Shown here piece by piece: positions 53,722 through 62,250 of a DNA stretch of 64,000 nt (the first letter of the stretch is position 1; each line of letters starts with the position of its first letter). The stretch covers positions 32,001 to 96,000 of the IMG/VR virus record IMGVR_UViG_3300036715_002535. One strand, written 5' to 3'. The notes below the pieces were generated by a model. It saw only the letters and a program-made list of their open reading frames with translations. It did not search any database and had not been told where the DNA came from. The DNA comes from a virus. The position numbers were made by a program, and so were the translations under genes.

Positions 53722-53925
53722 ATGCATCACAACACCAAATCCTTCTTAGCTCCCGGCTTCGTACCGGCAGGAACTCCCATCCTCACATCTACTGGCTATA
53801 TCCCAGTCGAACTCCTGAAGGTTGGAGATGTTGCTATTGGACTCGACGAGCATACCCTCGAACCCATCCTTGTGACCATCACTGCAATGAGTGAAGAAAT
53901 GACGCACAAGCCCGAAATCGAATAA
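53722..53925 (+). CDS. Stand-alone Hint/intein N-terminal-like fragment
   Basis: GFVPAGTPILTSTGYIPVELLKVGDVAIGLD resembles the Hint N-terminal region; no Cys1. Confidence 0.55.
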   Translation: MHHNTKSFLAPGFVPAGTPILTSTGYIPVELLKVGDVAIGLDEHTLEPILVTITAMSEEMTHKPEIE

Positions 53926-54047
53926 GGACTAGTGCCTCCAAGAAGTTCATCCACGCGCAGCATGCCATCGACCTGAAGAAAGATGGCCTCTACTACCTCT
54001 ACCATCGCAACGAGCGCTAATTATCCTAACTATCCACATCACACCCA

Positions 54048-54080
54048 GTGATATACTTCCTAACCTGGGAAGTATATCAC
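54048..54080. other. Perfect 13-bp inverted repeat (hairpin or terminator-like)
   Basis: GTGATATACTTCC-taacctg-GGAAGTATATCAC between convergent genes. Confidence 0.75.
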
Positions 54081-54256
54081 GGATTAAGATTTATTTTAGT
54101 ATCCGAAATACGTAAATTTTCCCAAGATTTCCACACCACCCCGTGAGGTAATCCCTTGCCGAATGAAGAAGCCTGGGAAGTATATCACGGATTAAGATTT
54201 ATTTTAGTATCCGAAATACGTAAATTTTCCCAAGATTTCCACACCACTCCGTGAGG
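54064..54256. repeat. 85-bp direct repeat, 2 copies, 108-bp period
   Basis: 54064-54148 vs 54172-54256, one mismatch, AT-rich core. Confidence 0.9.
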
Positions 54257-54541
54257 CGCTACAGTGCGCAGACAAACTGTACGGTCAAAGCCTAAGACCA
54301 AGCTGCCCAGAGAATGATCTCGAACTACTATGCCGTTTTCCTTAGGGGTTTCTTTCGAACTATTCCTTGATGAGATAGGCGAAATCTTATTCTGCGTACT
54401 AAGATCTAACTTCTTTTTGGTATTACGTGAAGTTGATTCTAAATCATTTAACTGAGAAGGGGAATTCACCAGGGTAGTATCCTCAGATGAGTCCGAGGAG
54501 TAGGATGGGCTTTTTCCAGGGGTTTTGATAGAAGGAACTGC

Positions 54542-57367
54542 TTACAGTGCGCAGATAAACTCCAATCCCTCCGGTACAAGATCGAAGCCCAAGATCAAGC
54601 GCTGCCCAGAGGGATTGACACAGAAGTTCGAAGCACCCAAGCTGAATACTGATCCATCCAACCTAGCACGCTGCTTGATATCCGTGACCTTCCCGCCTAC
54701 ATAGAGAAAGCCCTTGTGTGCCCGGTAAATCGTCTTGATGCCTACCTTGTGACCCAAGAGCCTGTCCTTCCAACCTACCGCTACCCTAACCGTACTCTTC
54801 TTAAGCAATTCCTCGTAGGTATGCACGAGGATCCTACCATTGTCGAATTGTACCACTAACTTATCCGTGGGCTCCACGCAAACTGCCGTTTTAAGTGGCA
54901 CCCTACTGAAAGCCCTCCTACCATTAGGACCTTCATCCTGCAACCGGCATATCAGCGTGCCATCGCTCCCCAACCCCACCACCACCTGATCCCTATCTGG
55001 CACAACTAATAAACACTCCTGCTGCTCCCGCTCATACCCTAACCGCTTACCTGGCGCATATACCGATACCGCTTCCATATACCCACCAGAGTCCACGAAT
55101 GAAAAATAATCCTTACATTCCCCTACTAACTTACCCGTGAACCCTCTTCCTCGTATAGGCTGATCCTGAGATAACTCCCATCCCTTATCTGTCACCACTA
55201 CCCAATTACTCCTGGACTCTAACTTCTTGAATTGTGGCAAATCACTCTTATCGCAATACTTGGTTGTACGTGGTAGGTCCGCTGCCTTATAAAACTCTAC
55301 TAACTCATCCACCTGCTTCTTCAATTCAAATAGAGGAGAGGTCCCTTTCCAATAGATATACTTCTCCCTACTGCTTGCGTACTTGAGCTTCAACTGCTCC
55401 TCGTTCAATTTCAAGATCTGCGATACCTTCAATGACAAAGCATAATCTACCATCCGCGGCACGATGAACTTCGCTAATTCTTTTTTCACCAACTCCAAGG
55501 TTTCAGAACTAAGCGCCTTCAAGAACTTGGCGTGGTTCTGAATGATCTTGATCTGCGTATCCAACTCTAACGACTCTTGTTCATAGGTGGCTACGAGATC
55601 CGTAATACGTAGATCCCATAGTCCCAACCTATGCTGTGTCCAATAAGAGAGAATGTCTACCAGCGAGCACATCTTGATTTCGAATGAGCTTTCTTCACCA
55701 CTCCGTGAGGCATCCTCGTTCGATGCGCCTTTTCGTAAGGGTTTCTTAGACTCGGAGGGCACTACCACGTGGAACTGATAGCTCTCACGCTTGATCAGAG
55801 CAGGTAGGATCCTCGTGCTGAACAAACGTGGATCTTTCATCACTACCTGCACGCTGACCGCTTCCGTCGAAAAGTCCGCGAGCTCGATCATCTCTTTCTC
55901 TACGAGATCAGCCCACGCAGAGCTCAGAGTCGAATAGGTGACTAGGGGTGCGAACCCAGTGATGGTCACCTTAGACTGCTTGAGATCGAGCTCATATGCG
56001 CAGCAGTACGCTAGAGAGCCGACCCCAGTGCGGTATATCTCGGCTATCTCGTCGTGCCCACTCAAGCAATAACACTTATTTTCGAGCTGAGGCCCCTCCA
56101 TCAACGCAAAATAACTTTTTTCAGTTTTACTTATCTCACGGGAGTGGTTCGGGGAAACTTCTAAATTCCCTGGAACCCCATCTTCCACATCAACAACACC
56201 GGAAACCGGTGTGGAGGGATCATTATCGGGGGTAGGGTTACCCTTAGTCTTCTTACCACCAATAGGGGACTTAGAGTCATCCAGGGTGCTAATGCGTTCC
56301 TTTGCGAGGATCTTTTCGTACTGATCATTGATATAGGCTTGGGATGTTTTGGCTACGGACAGGATATGATGGGAGGGGATACTTCCAGAGAAGCCCATGG
56401 AGATGCCAGAGTAGCCATTGACAAGGATCAGGGGGAGGAGGGAGGAGAGGACTTCAGGTTCCTTTTCTTTGCCATCAAAGTTGGGTACAAAGTGGAGATA
56501 TTTTTTATCCAGGAAGTGGGAGAAGCCCAGGTCAGTGATGCCGGATTCGGTATAGCGATAGGCAGCTGGGGGGTGGCCTTTGATAGATCCATAGTTGCCC
56601 ACGCTTTGGATAAGGGGGTATTTGATAGTCCAGGGGGTGGCAAGGGCAACGAGGGCTTCGTATGCGGAGGAGTTATGGGTTACGAGGAGTTGGTCACCGC
56701 TTACGATGAGGGCATTTTCATAGTCATTGACGGTAAAGTCATACATAGGTTCAGGGGAGGGGAGTTCTTCAATTTGGATTGACTTGATATAGAGGGGATG
56801 GGGGAGGGAGGATTTATCTAGGACAAGTTTATCGGATTGAAGGAGGGAGGGGTAGTGTTGGATAACTTGGTAGGGTTTCAGGTCTTCAGCTTTTATCCAG
56901 CGTTGATTTACAAAGAAGGGGTGATTAGAGGTGCAGCGTACAGTTTGCCCATTACTTAGGTGCAGGTTGTAGATTTTGGTTGAGTATTGACCAATGCGGA
57001 AGGAGTGGGCAATAGAGGGAACTAAGCGACCTTCTTTGTTGAGGGATAGGACTTCAAGTTGGGGGGTATGGGATTCGATGAGTTGGGGGATAGTTTTGGG
57101 GATTCCATCCAGGCTGAACAGTTTGGTGTTACCCTCGAGGCAATCTCCATGGGGATTGTAGCTTCCGATTACATGTCCAATGATCTTCGCGCACTTGAGG
57201 GAGCCACGATCTGGTTTGAGGCCCATTTCGTAGGCGGACCAGAGGATGCGTCGTTGTACAGGTTTGAGGCCATCACGGATATCGGGGAAGGCGCGATTGA
57301 GGGAGATATAGTGGCCATACTCCAGGAGGTTGGTTTTGATCAGTTGTTCAGCGACTACGTGGGACAT
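54542..57367 (-). CDS. gyrA: Type IIA topoisomerase subunit A (GyrA/ParC-like) with mini-intein
   Basis: RAFPDIRDGLKPVQRRIL, YNPHGD/SSAY, GNYGS, AAYRYTE (active Tyr), NFDGKEKEP, LVNG..GI.MG. Confidence 0.88.
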   Translation of the reverse strand: MSHVVAEQLIKTNLLEYGHYISLNRAFPDIRDGLKPVQRRILWSAYEMGLKPDRGSLKCAKIIGHVIGSYNPHGDCLEGNTKLFSLDGIPKTIPQLIESHTPQLEVLSLNKEGRLVPSIAHSFRIGQYSTKIYNLHLSNGQTVRCTSNHPFFVNQRWIKAEDLKPYQVIQHYPSLLQSDKLVLDKSSLPHPLYIKSIQIEELPSPEPMYDFTVNDYENALIVSGDQLLVTHNSSAYEALVALATPWTIKYPLIQSVGNYGSIKGHPPAAYRYTESGITDLGFSHFLDKKYLHFVPNFDGKEKEPEVLSSLLPLILVNGYSGISMGFSGSIPSHHILSVAKTSQAYINDQYEKILAKERISTLDDSKSPIGGKKTKGNPTPDNDPSTPVSGVVDVEDGVPGNLEVSPNHSREISKTEKSYFALMEGPQLENKCYCLSGHDEIAEIYRTGVGSLAYCCAYELDLKQSKVTITGFAPLVTYSTLSSAWADLVEKEMIELADFSTEAVSVQVVMKDPRLFSTRILPALIKRESYQFHVVVPSESKKPLRKGASNEDASRSGEESSFEIKMCSLVDILSYWTQHRLGLWDLRITDLVATYEQESLELDTQIKIIQNHAKFLKALSSETLELVKKELAKFIVPRMVDYALSLKVSQILKLNEEQLKLKYASSREKYIYWKGTSPLFELKKQVDELVEFYKAADLPRTTKYCDKSDLPQFKKLESRSNWVVVTDKGWELSQDQPIRGRGFTGKLVGECKDYFSFVDSGGYMEAVSVYAPGKRLGYEREQQECLLVVPDRDQVVVGLGSDGTLICRLQDEGPNGRRAFSRVPLKTAVCVEPTDKLVVQFDNGRILVHTYEELLKKSTVRVAVGWKDRLLGHKVGIKTIYRAHKGFLYVGGKVTDIKQRARLDGSVFSLGASNFCVNPSGQRLILGFDLVPEGLEFICAL
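56672..57142 (-). mobile_element. Mini-intein (157 aa, no homing endonuclease)
   Basis: Begins CLEGNT after HGD; block B CTSNHPF; block F MYDFTV; ends VTHN followed by Ser. Confidence 0.9.
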
Positions 57368-57453
57368 GGGGGGACCTCAGGGGTATAACCGGAGTGGAGA
57401 GGGTTTTCGCCTTGAACGAATAAAGAGAGGAGAAGGTAGACCTTGGATCGTTT

Positions 57454-57492
57454 GGAGTAACCCCTTTGAAAGTGGGGATGCCTGGTTATAAT
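57454..57492. promoter_or_regulatory. Divergent class II promoter element
   Basis: GGAGTAACCCCTTTGAAAGTGGGG...GGTTATAAT between gyrA and the 57510 gene. Confidence 0.65.
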
Positions 57493-57509
57493 ATGGGATG
57501 GAGGGTTCG

Positions 57510-57995
57510 ATGACCAAGATGCGTATTCAGGCAGCAGTAGTCAAGACCAAAACATTCAACTACAAGGATGAGGAACAGGAGGCAAAGGCTTGGGCTACGA
57601 AGATGAAGGAAAAGGGTAACGTTGTCTTCGAGGATGACAAGGGTTCCGATACCTACTGCTTGTACGCTGCACCTTCCAAGAAGGATATTCAGGATTGGTG
57701 CGAGGAGCAGGAGCAGGAGGTCAAGTTAGTTTCTTTCACGGCTAGGGTCCAGGTTGCCTCCAACACCTCCATCTGGGCAATCTTACGGCAGGATGCTTTC
57801 GGGCAGGGGGATGCCATTACTCTAGTAACTGCGTTGAACGAGCAGGAAGCATTTTCAATCTACGCTATTGAGAGTGCAGGAAGCATAGCGCCCTCAAACG
57901 TTTCTGAGGAACAAAACAGGGCGGTGCTGGAAGAATTTTATGGGGACTACAAGGATGGTTACTACAAAGTTCTACCAACGGAAATGATTGGGTAG
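57510..57995 (+). CDS. hypothetical protein, KLRIxA N-terminal family
   Basis: GGAGG RBS; MTKMRIQAA; internal ARVQVAS. Confidence 0.65.
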   Translation: MTKMRIQAAVVKTKTFNYKDEEQEAKAWATKMKEKGNVVFEDDKGSDTYCLYAAPSKKDIQDWCEEQEQEVKLVSFTARVQVASNTSIWAILRQDAFGQGDAITLVTALNEQEAFSIYAIESAGSIAPSNVSEEQNRAVLEEFYGDYKDGYYKVLPTEMIG

Positions 57996-58374
57996 TCGGC
58001 TCGTTTGGAGTATATGCTAGAGGGTTTCGCCCAAGAAGAACCTACCTTCATCGCGGGAGAGGTTCAGGAAGAACTTCTGGCCATCTTTTCGTTGGAAGCC
58101 AAGGAGGTAGCGTGCTTCGCCGGGGGTTGGTCAGTAGGGACCTGGAGTAGCTTCCGATCAAGGGATACGTGGATCAGTTCGAAGGGTCCGCCGTTCATGT
58201 TTAGTTCCTTTGTTCAGGGTGCGATCAGTTGGGTCCTAGGCTTTCAGTGCCCTTGCCAGGTTTGACGACGAGCTTGGATTCCAGCCACGCATCAAACTTT
58301 GGGAATCGTTCGCATAACTTCTCAAGAATCCAGATGAGGGGTGTTGCGAAGTTCTCTTCCATGGGGACCTCGTG

Positions 58375-58428
58375 GGGAGTAACCCTTTTGAAAGTGGGGT
58401 TACAATTACTTATGGTGAAGCTACGTAT
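58375..58428 (+). repeat. 54-bp promoter-plus-start repeat, copy 1
   Basis: GGGAGTAACCCTTTTGAAAGTGGGGTTACAATTACTTATGGTGAAGCTACGTAT, identical at 59576-59629, partial at 58913-58953. Confidence 0.92.
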
Positions 58429-58864
58429 TGCATCCCAAGGTGAGATTAATAGGATCATGTGGACCCTCGGTCATCTGCGGAAGGCAGTGAGGGGGCTTCA
58501 CAAGTACGAGTCGTCTGTCAATGTGGAGGGGAAGGTAGCTCTCAAGGCAGCGATGGGAGTTTTGTTGGAAGTAATCAAGCAGGAAGAGGGTAAGATCGAG
58601 AAATTAAAGTTCGAGGGTGAAGAACATCCTCGAACCTGGAGCATTCGGAAAACGGTAAAGAGTCTGAGTTGGACCCTTCGGAAGTTGAAGTTTGCTTCCA
58701 ACGATCTACAGATCTATCTGGGTCCACACCTTCTGGGTAAGACCACGATAGGTAAGGATGCCATTCTGCGTGCGAAGGCCATCATAGATCAAGCTGTGAA
58801 TGAGATGCAGGAGAAGGTTAAGGCTCTCGAGGGTGAGCTGTGGAGAGAAGTCTTTCCTGATTAG
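58412..58864 (+). CDS. helical hypothetical protein, KLRIxA family (leaderless)
   Basis: ATG 5 nt after TACAAT; MVKLRIASQ; internal duplication (WTL..L...GK.A...A....Q). Confidence 0.65.
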   Translation: MVKLRIASQGEINRIMWTLGHLRKAVRGLHKYESSVNVEGKVALKAAMGVLLEVIKQEEGKIEKLKFEGEEHPRTWSIRKTVKSLSWTLRKLKFASNDLQIYLGPHLLGKTTIGKDAILRAKAIIDQAVNEMQEKVKALEGELWREVFPD

Positions 58865-58935
58865 TAGGTGCAGGTGTAGCACGAGAACAGTTGGTAATCG
58901 TTCTTCAGTAGCTGAAAGTGGGGTTACTATTACTT

Positions 58936-59502
58936 ATGGTGAAGCTACGTATTCAAGCAAGTGTCAAGGCGAACATGTGGGATGATGCTTATCACCCAAG
59001 TAAGCTTGGTCCCTCTTTGACCATCAACCCTTGGCAGGAAGATCAGTTCTGGGTGGCGCCAAAGGATCCAGGTATTCCCGAGGAAACGAAGCAGCATCTG
59101 AGGGAGTGGTTGCAATACAACAACAAGAGTTTGACAGGCGAGGATCTCAATTTCTTGATGCGTAAGTACTCTTACTCCGGGACGATGTTTCGAGGGGTGG
59201 GGTTTCAGACCATGGAAGAGATGGAGGAGTTTCTATCCACGTTAGGGAATGAGAGGCATCCTACCTCGTGGTCCAAGTCTTTTGAGGTAGCCAAGGAGTT
59301 CGCTTCGGAGGGGCAGACTCAATCCTCCCTTCCCAATCATTGGTTGGTTCTGAAGTATAAGGGCAAGGCATTCGACTTGCACAAAATGCATTTGAAGCTC
59401 TCTCCACCCAGTCAGAAGAAGAAAGATCGTGGGGTGGTGAGGGAGCAGGAACTAGTGATCCCTGCAGGATCCTACAGCTTCGAAGTAGTGGATAAGGGTT
59501 AG
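58936..59502 (+). CDS. Putative R-S-E type ADP-ribosyltransferase, KLRIxA family
   Basis: MVKLRIQAS; MFRG, PTSWSKSFEVAKEFA, REQELVI. Confidence 0.65.
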   Translation: MVKLRIQASVKANMWDDAYHPSKLGPSLTINPWQEDQFWVAPKDPGIPEETKQHLREWLQYNNKSLTGEDLNFLMRKYSYSGTMFRGVGFQTMEEMEEFLSTLGNERHPTSWSKSFEVAKEFASEGQTQSSLPNHWLVLKYKGKAFDLHKMHLKLSPPSQKKKDRGVVREQELVIPAGSYSFEVVDKG

Positions 59503-59575
59503 TCCTGCGTGCAGGTAGGGCAATATATTGCAGCCAGGGGTGGAGCCGCATGTGGTGCAGGCGCCTTGGAGGGTT

Positions 59576-59629
59576 GGGAGTAACCCTTTTGAAAGTGGGG
59601 TTACAATTACTTATGGTGAAGCTACGTAT
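59576..59629 (+). repeat. 54-bp promoter-plus-start repeat, copy 2
   Basis: Identical to 58375-58428. Confidence 0.92.
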
Positions 59630-60203
59630 CAAAGCCGGTCTATCTAATAGGGTCTACCATTTCACAACTCTTTCCTCGAAAGCATCTCAATTAGTTGTGG
59701 TGGATGTTCAGCCAGTACATCGTGGGTTCATTCACTTTGATGTTCCTAGTTTGATGAAGAAGTTCGAGGACTATGGACGGGTGCTCATTGTCTATAATGG
59801 GGCAGAGTTAGGTTACGAGGATAGTCCAAATACCATTCAAGAGTGGTATTTGGAGGAGGGTATGAACGAAGAGGTTCATTTAGAGTTTAAAGATAAGGCT
59901 TACGGTTTTCTTCGTGGGGCAATGGATACTGGAGTTGCTGACGAGAACATCGTTGGAGCAATCAAGGTAATGCTCGAAGAAGACTTATCAGATAGCAGGG
60001 AATTATCTACCGAGATGCAAGAGCAGTTTGGTTTGAGTGAAGATACAGCTATCAGCATTCCGGATGATCTGATAGATGCCTTGAAGGATTTCAATGGGGC
60101 AGATATTTGCGGTGGTGGAGATAACGATTGTTTAAGAGAAGTGGAGTTGCTAGCTGAAGGTGCTGGCTTAAGATTCAATCGTTTGTATCGATTTGTTTAT
60201 TAA
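59613..60203 (+). CDS. Cysteine-hydrolase/isochorismatase-like protein, KLRIxA family
   Basis: MVKLRIKAG; LVVVDVQP, DK.YG, GG...DCL.E pattern. Confidence 0.45.
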   Translation: MVKLRIKAGLSNRVYHFTTLSSKASQLVVVDVQPVHRGFIHFDVPSLMKKFEDYGRVLIVYNGAELGYEDSPNTIQEWYLEEGMNEEVHLEFKDKAYGFLRGAMDTGVADENIVGAIKVMLEEDLSDSRELSTEMQEQFGLSEDTAISIPDDLIDALKDFNGADICGGGDNDCLREVELLAEGAGLRFNRLYRFVY

Positions 60204-60494
60204 ATACGCGGTTCCTCGTGCCCTTTACGATTGGGGTGGTACGAATCCCACCGAGCCAGCTTCTTGATATGCATCTGCGAGCATAGCAACAGCTTTTTCA
60301 ATTTTCTCTTTGAGTGAAGGGATTGCTTCTACAAGAGGGTGGCTAGTTACATGTTCCTCAATCGTGCAAATGATAACGTGTAGACGATCCACAACCTCGT
60401 GGACATGACCGTCATCTAGACCTTCAGGCAGGGGAGGGAAGGGTGGCATCATCTGAGTCCTACAATAACTGCGTATAAGTATCGGGGTTCTGGA

Positions 60495-60860
60495 TCATAG
60501 TAGGTCGTGCTCTTGGCAATACTCTAGAGCAGCGAATACGGGGCCAGTGATCCACGCTTGTTCAATTTCCTGGGAGGTCCATACTCTTCCAGCATTGTCT
60601 GGTTTGTCTCCCAGGTTCTTCATGGCTTCGCAGATAGGGCAATAGTCTCCAGTCAGGAGATAGGGTCCACCCAGTTCCACAGCTCGATTGGTGATCATCC
60701 AATGGCAAGACATCAGGGGATCGTAGGGTGCCTCACCTCCTTTCAGTTCTGTCTGTAGGCGTGCTGCAGCTTCGCTACCACCTTGGGCTACGAGGTGTGA
60801 CATACCGGTGGTTTCGATTGACTGGCGTAGGGCGGTCCAATGATATTCACAGATCTTCAT
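60495..60860 (-). CDS. hypothetical protein
   Basis: AAGGA RBS; YDPLM...CPIC. Confidence 0.6.
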   Translation of the reverse strand: MKICEYHWTALRQSIETTGMSHLVAQGGSEAAARLQTELKGGEAPYDPLMSCHWMITNRAVELGGPYLLTGDYCPICEAMKNLGDKPDNAGRVWTSQEIEQAWITGPVFAALEYCQEHDLL

Positions 60861-60901
60861 GTGTTGATCCTTTAATCGTTGCTGGAGGACGATGATCGCG
60901 A

Positions 60902-61501
60902 CTAGAGCTTCTCGATAGCATCACGAAGATCAGTTACAGGATTCGAAATTTCAGTATTCTTGATCCCCTCGGTTTCAATCTTCATGCCAATGCTGATGGC
61001 CAGAGCCGCAAGTCCAAACCACCCTTCAGGGGATGTGGGTTGAACTGGGTAAATGCGTTGTTGCCAGAAGTCTGGTGTTCCACTATCAAGGATATGCAGT
61101 GGAACGTATTTTTCTAGGCTTCGAATGCAGTCTTGCAAGCCAAGGGTTACATCCTCAGTTTGATAGTCTCCAAAGAAGATATTGTAGGTACTTCCAAAGC
61201 CTATCTTTCGACCATCGAAGATCTGTCGGTACAACCTCGTCCAAGAATCGTGGGAGTACTGATTGTCCGGCATGCCTGGAATGATCAACTGTTCTACCAA
61301 GTTCGCAGGGAAACCCAGTCCCAGAAGAATCGTTTTGGCTAGCAGGTCCGGGTACTGGGTTACCAGAACGCATTCATCGCGTTCGAACCTTACTTCGTAC
61401 CCATTGCCTACCTTCTTGATGTGAACGAATCGAAACACTTCATCGTTTGGTAGTCCGTGGATTCCACATTTTGGCGGAACCCAGCTTTCGCTGCGCTTCA
61501 T
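60902..61501 (-). CDS. hypothetical protein
   Basis: GGAG RBS; 199 aa. Confidence 0.6.
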   Translation of the reverse strand: MKRSESWVPPKCGIHGLPNDEVFRFVHIKKVGNGYEVRFERDECVLVTQYPDLLAKTILLGLGFPANLVEQLIIPGMPDNQYSHDSWTRLYRQIFDGRKIGFGSTYNIFFGDYQTEDVTLGLQDCIRSLEKYVPLHILDSGTPDFWQQRIYPVQPTSPEGWFGLAALAISIGMKIETEGIKNTEISNPVTDLRDAIEKL

Positions 61502-61659
61502 AGTAACTCCATACGATAGTTTAAGGGTCCGTCGTGTCAGACCTGAATAGTTAACCCTACGTTCCTTGTTCTAGCAGGAGGGTTCTAATGGGTACCTCAC
61601 GGTTGTAGGGATTAACCTTGAAAGAGGGGTTACAATAGATAGATAGATGGAGGATTCCA

Positions 61660-62250
61660 ATGGGTAAGCTCAATTGTAGCAGGGAAGAAGGACCGGGTGT
61701 AAAGAAGCTTCGTATCCGTGCTGGTGTGCCTAAGAAGGCGGCACTCGTGGGCATGCCAGTCCCAGGCTGGTTCATCTTCTACAATCTGGGAAGCGGTAAC
61801 TGGGAGGTCGAGGCAGCGCCCAATCCAAATACTGCGAGCCGGGAAGAACTGCAGAAGGTGATGGAAGACTTCAAGGAGTTTGGGTACAATGACAATATCA
61901 AACGGCACGGTCATAGCCGTACCTTCTATGTAGAGATTACACCAGAGATGGTTCAGGATTGGGCTTCGGAAGGTGTGGAGAGCTGGGAAGATGATATGGT
62001 CACAGATGCCATTCAAGGACTTCCAAACACGGATATTCGAAGAATTTTAAAGCAGAAGGGCTCCAAGAAGGCATCTGAGCTCAGGATTGTATCTGGGAAG
62101 AAGGACCAGCCCAAGAAGCGTGAAACCTTTGAGGAAGCAGTCGAGCGCGGGTACAAGGAATCCAAAGAGGTATTCGAGAAGCTTCAAAAGAAGCCGGTCC
62201 TGGTATCCGATGGGTCTACTACTTCGGACTTGGGATCTCAGCAATCCTAA
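61660..62250 (+). CDS. hypothetical protein with KLRIRA motif near N-terminus
   Basis: GGGGTTACAAT at 61626-61636, GGAGG RBS; VKKLRIRAG, internal ELRIVSG. Confidence 0.6.
   Translation: MGKLNCSREEGPGVKKLRIRAGVPKKAALVGMPVPGWFIFYNLGSGNWEVEAAPNPNTASREELQKVMEDFKEFGYNDNIKRHGHSRTFYVEITPEMVQDWASEGVESWEDDMVTDAIQGLPNTDIRRILKQKGSKKASELRIVSGKKDQPKKRETFEEAVERGYKESKEVFEKLQKKPVLVSDGSTTSDLGSQQS

Noticed and set aside
54259-54611. Diversity-generating retroelement TR/VR pair at the gyrA 3' end
   Set aside because: Differences include deletions and non-adenine changes; no reverse transcriptase in the window
58375-59629. CRISPR array (palindromic repeat containing GAAAG)
   Set aside because: Copies are about 500-650 bp apart, separated by whole genes, and include start codons; no cas genes seen
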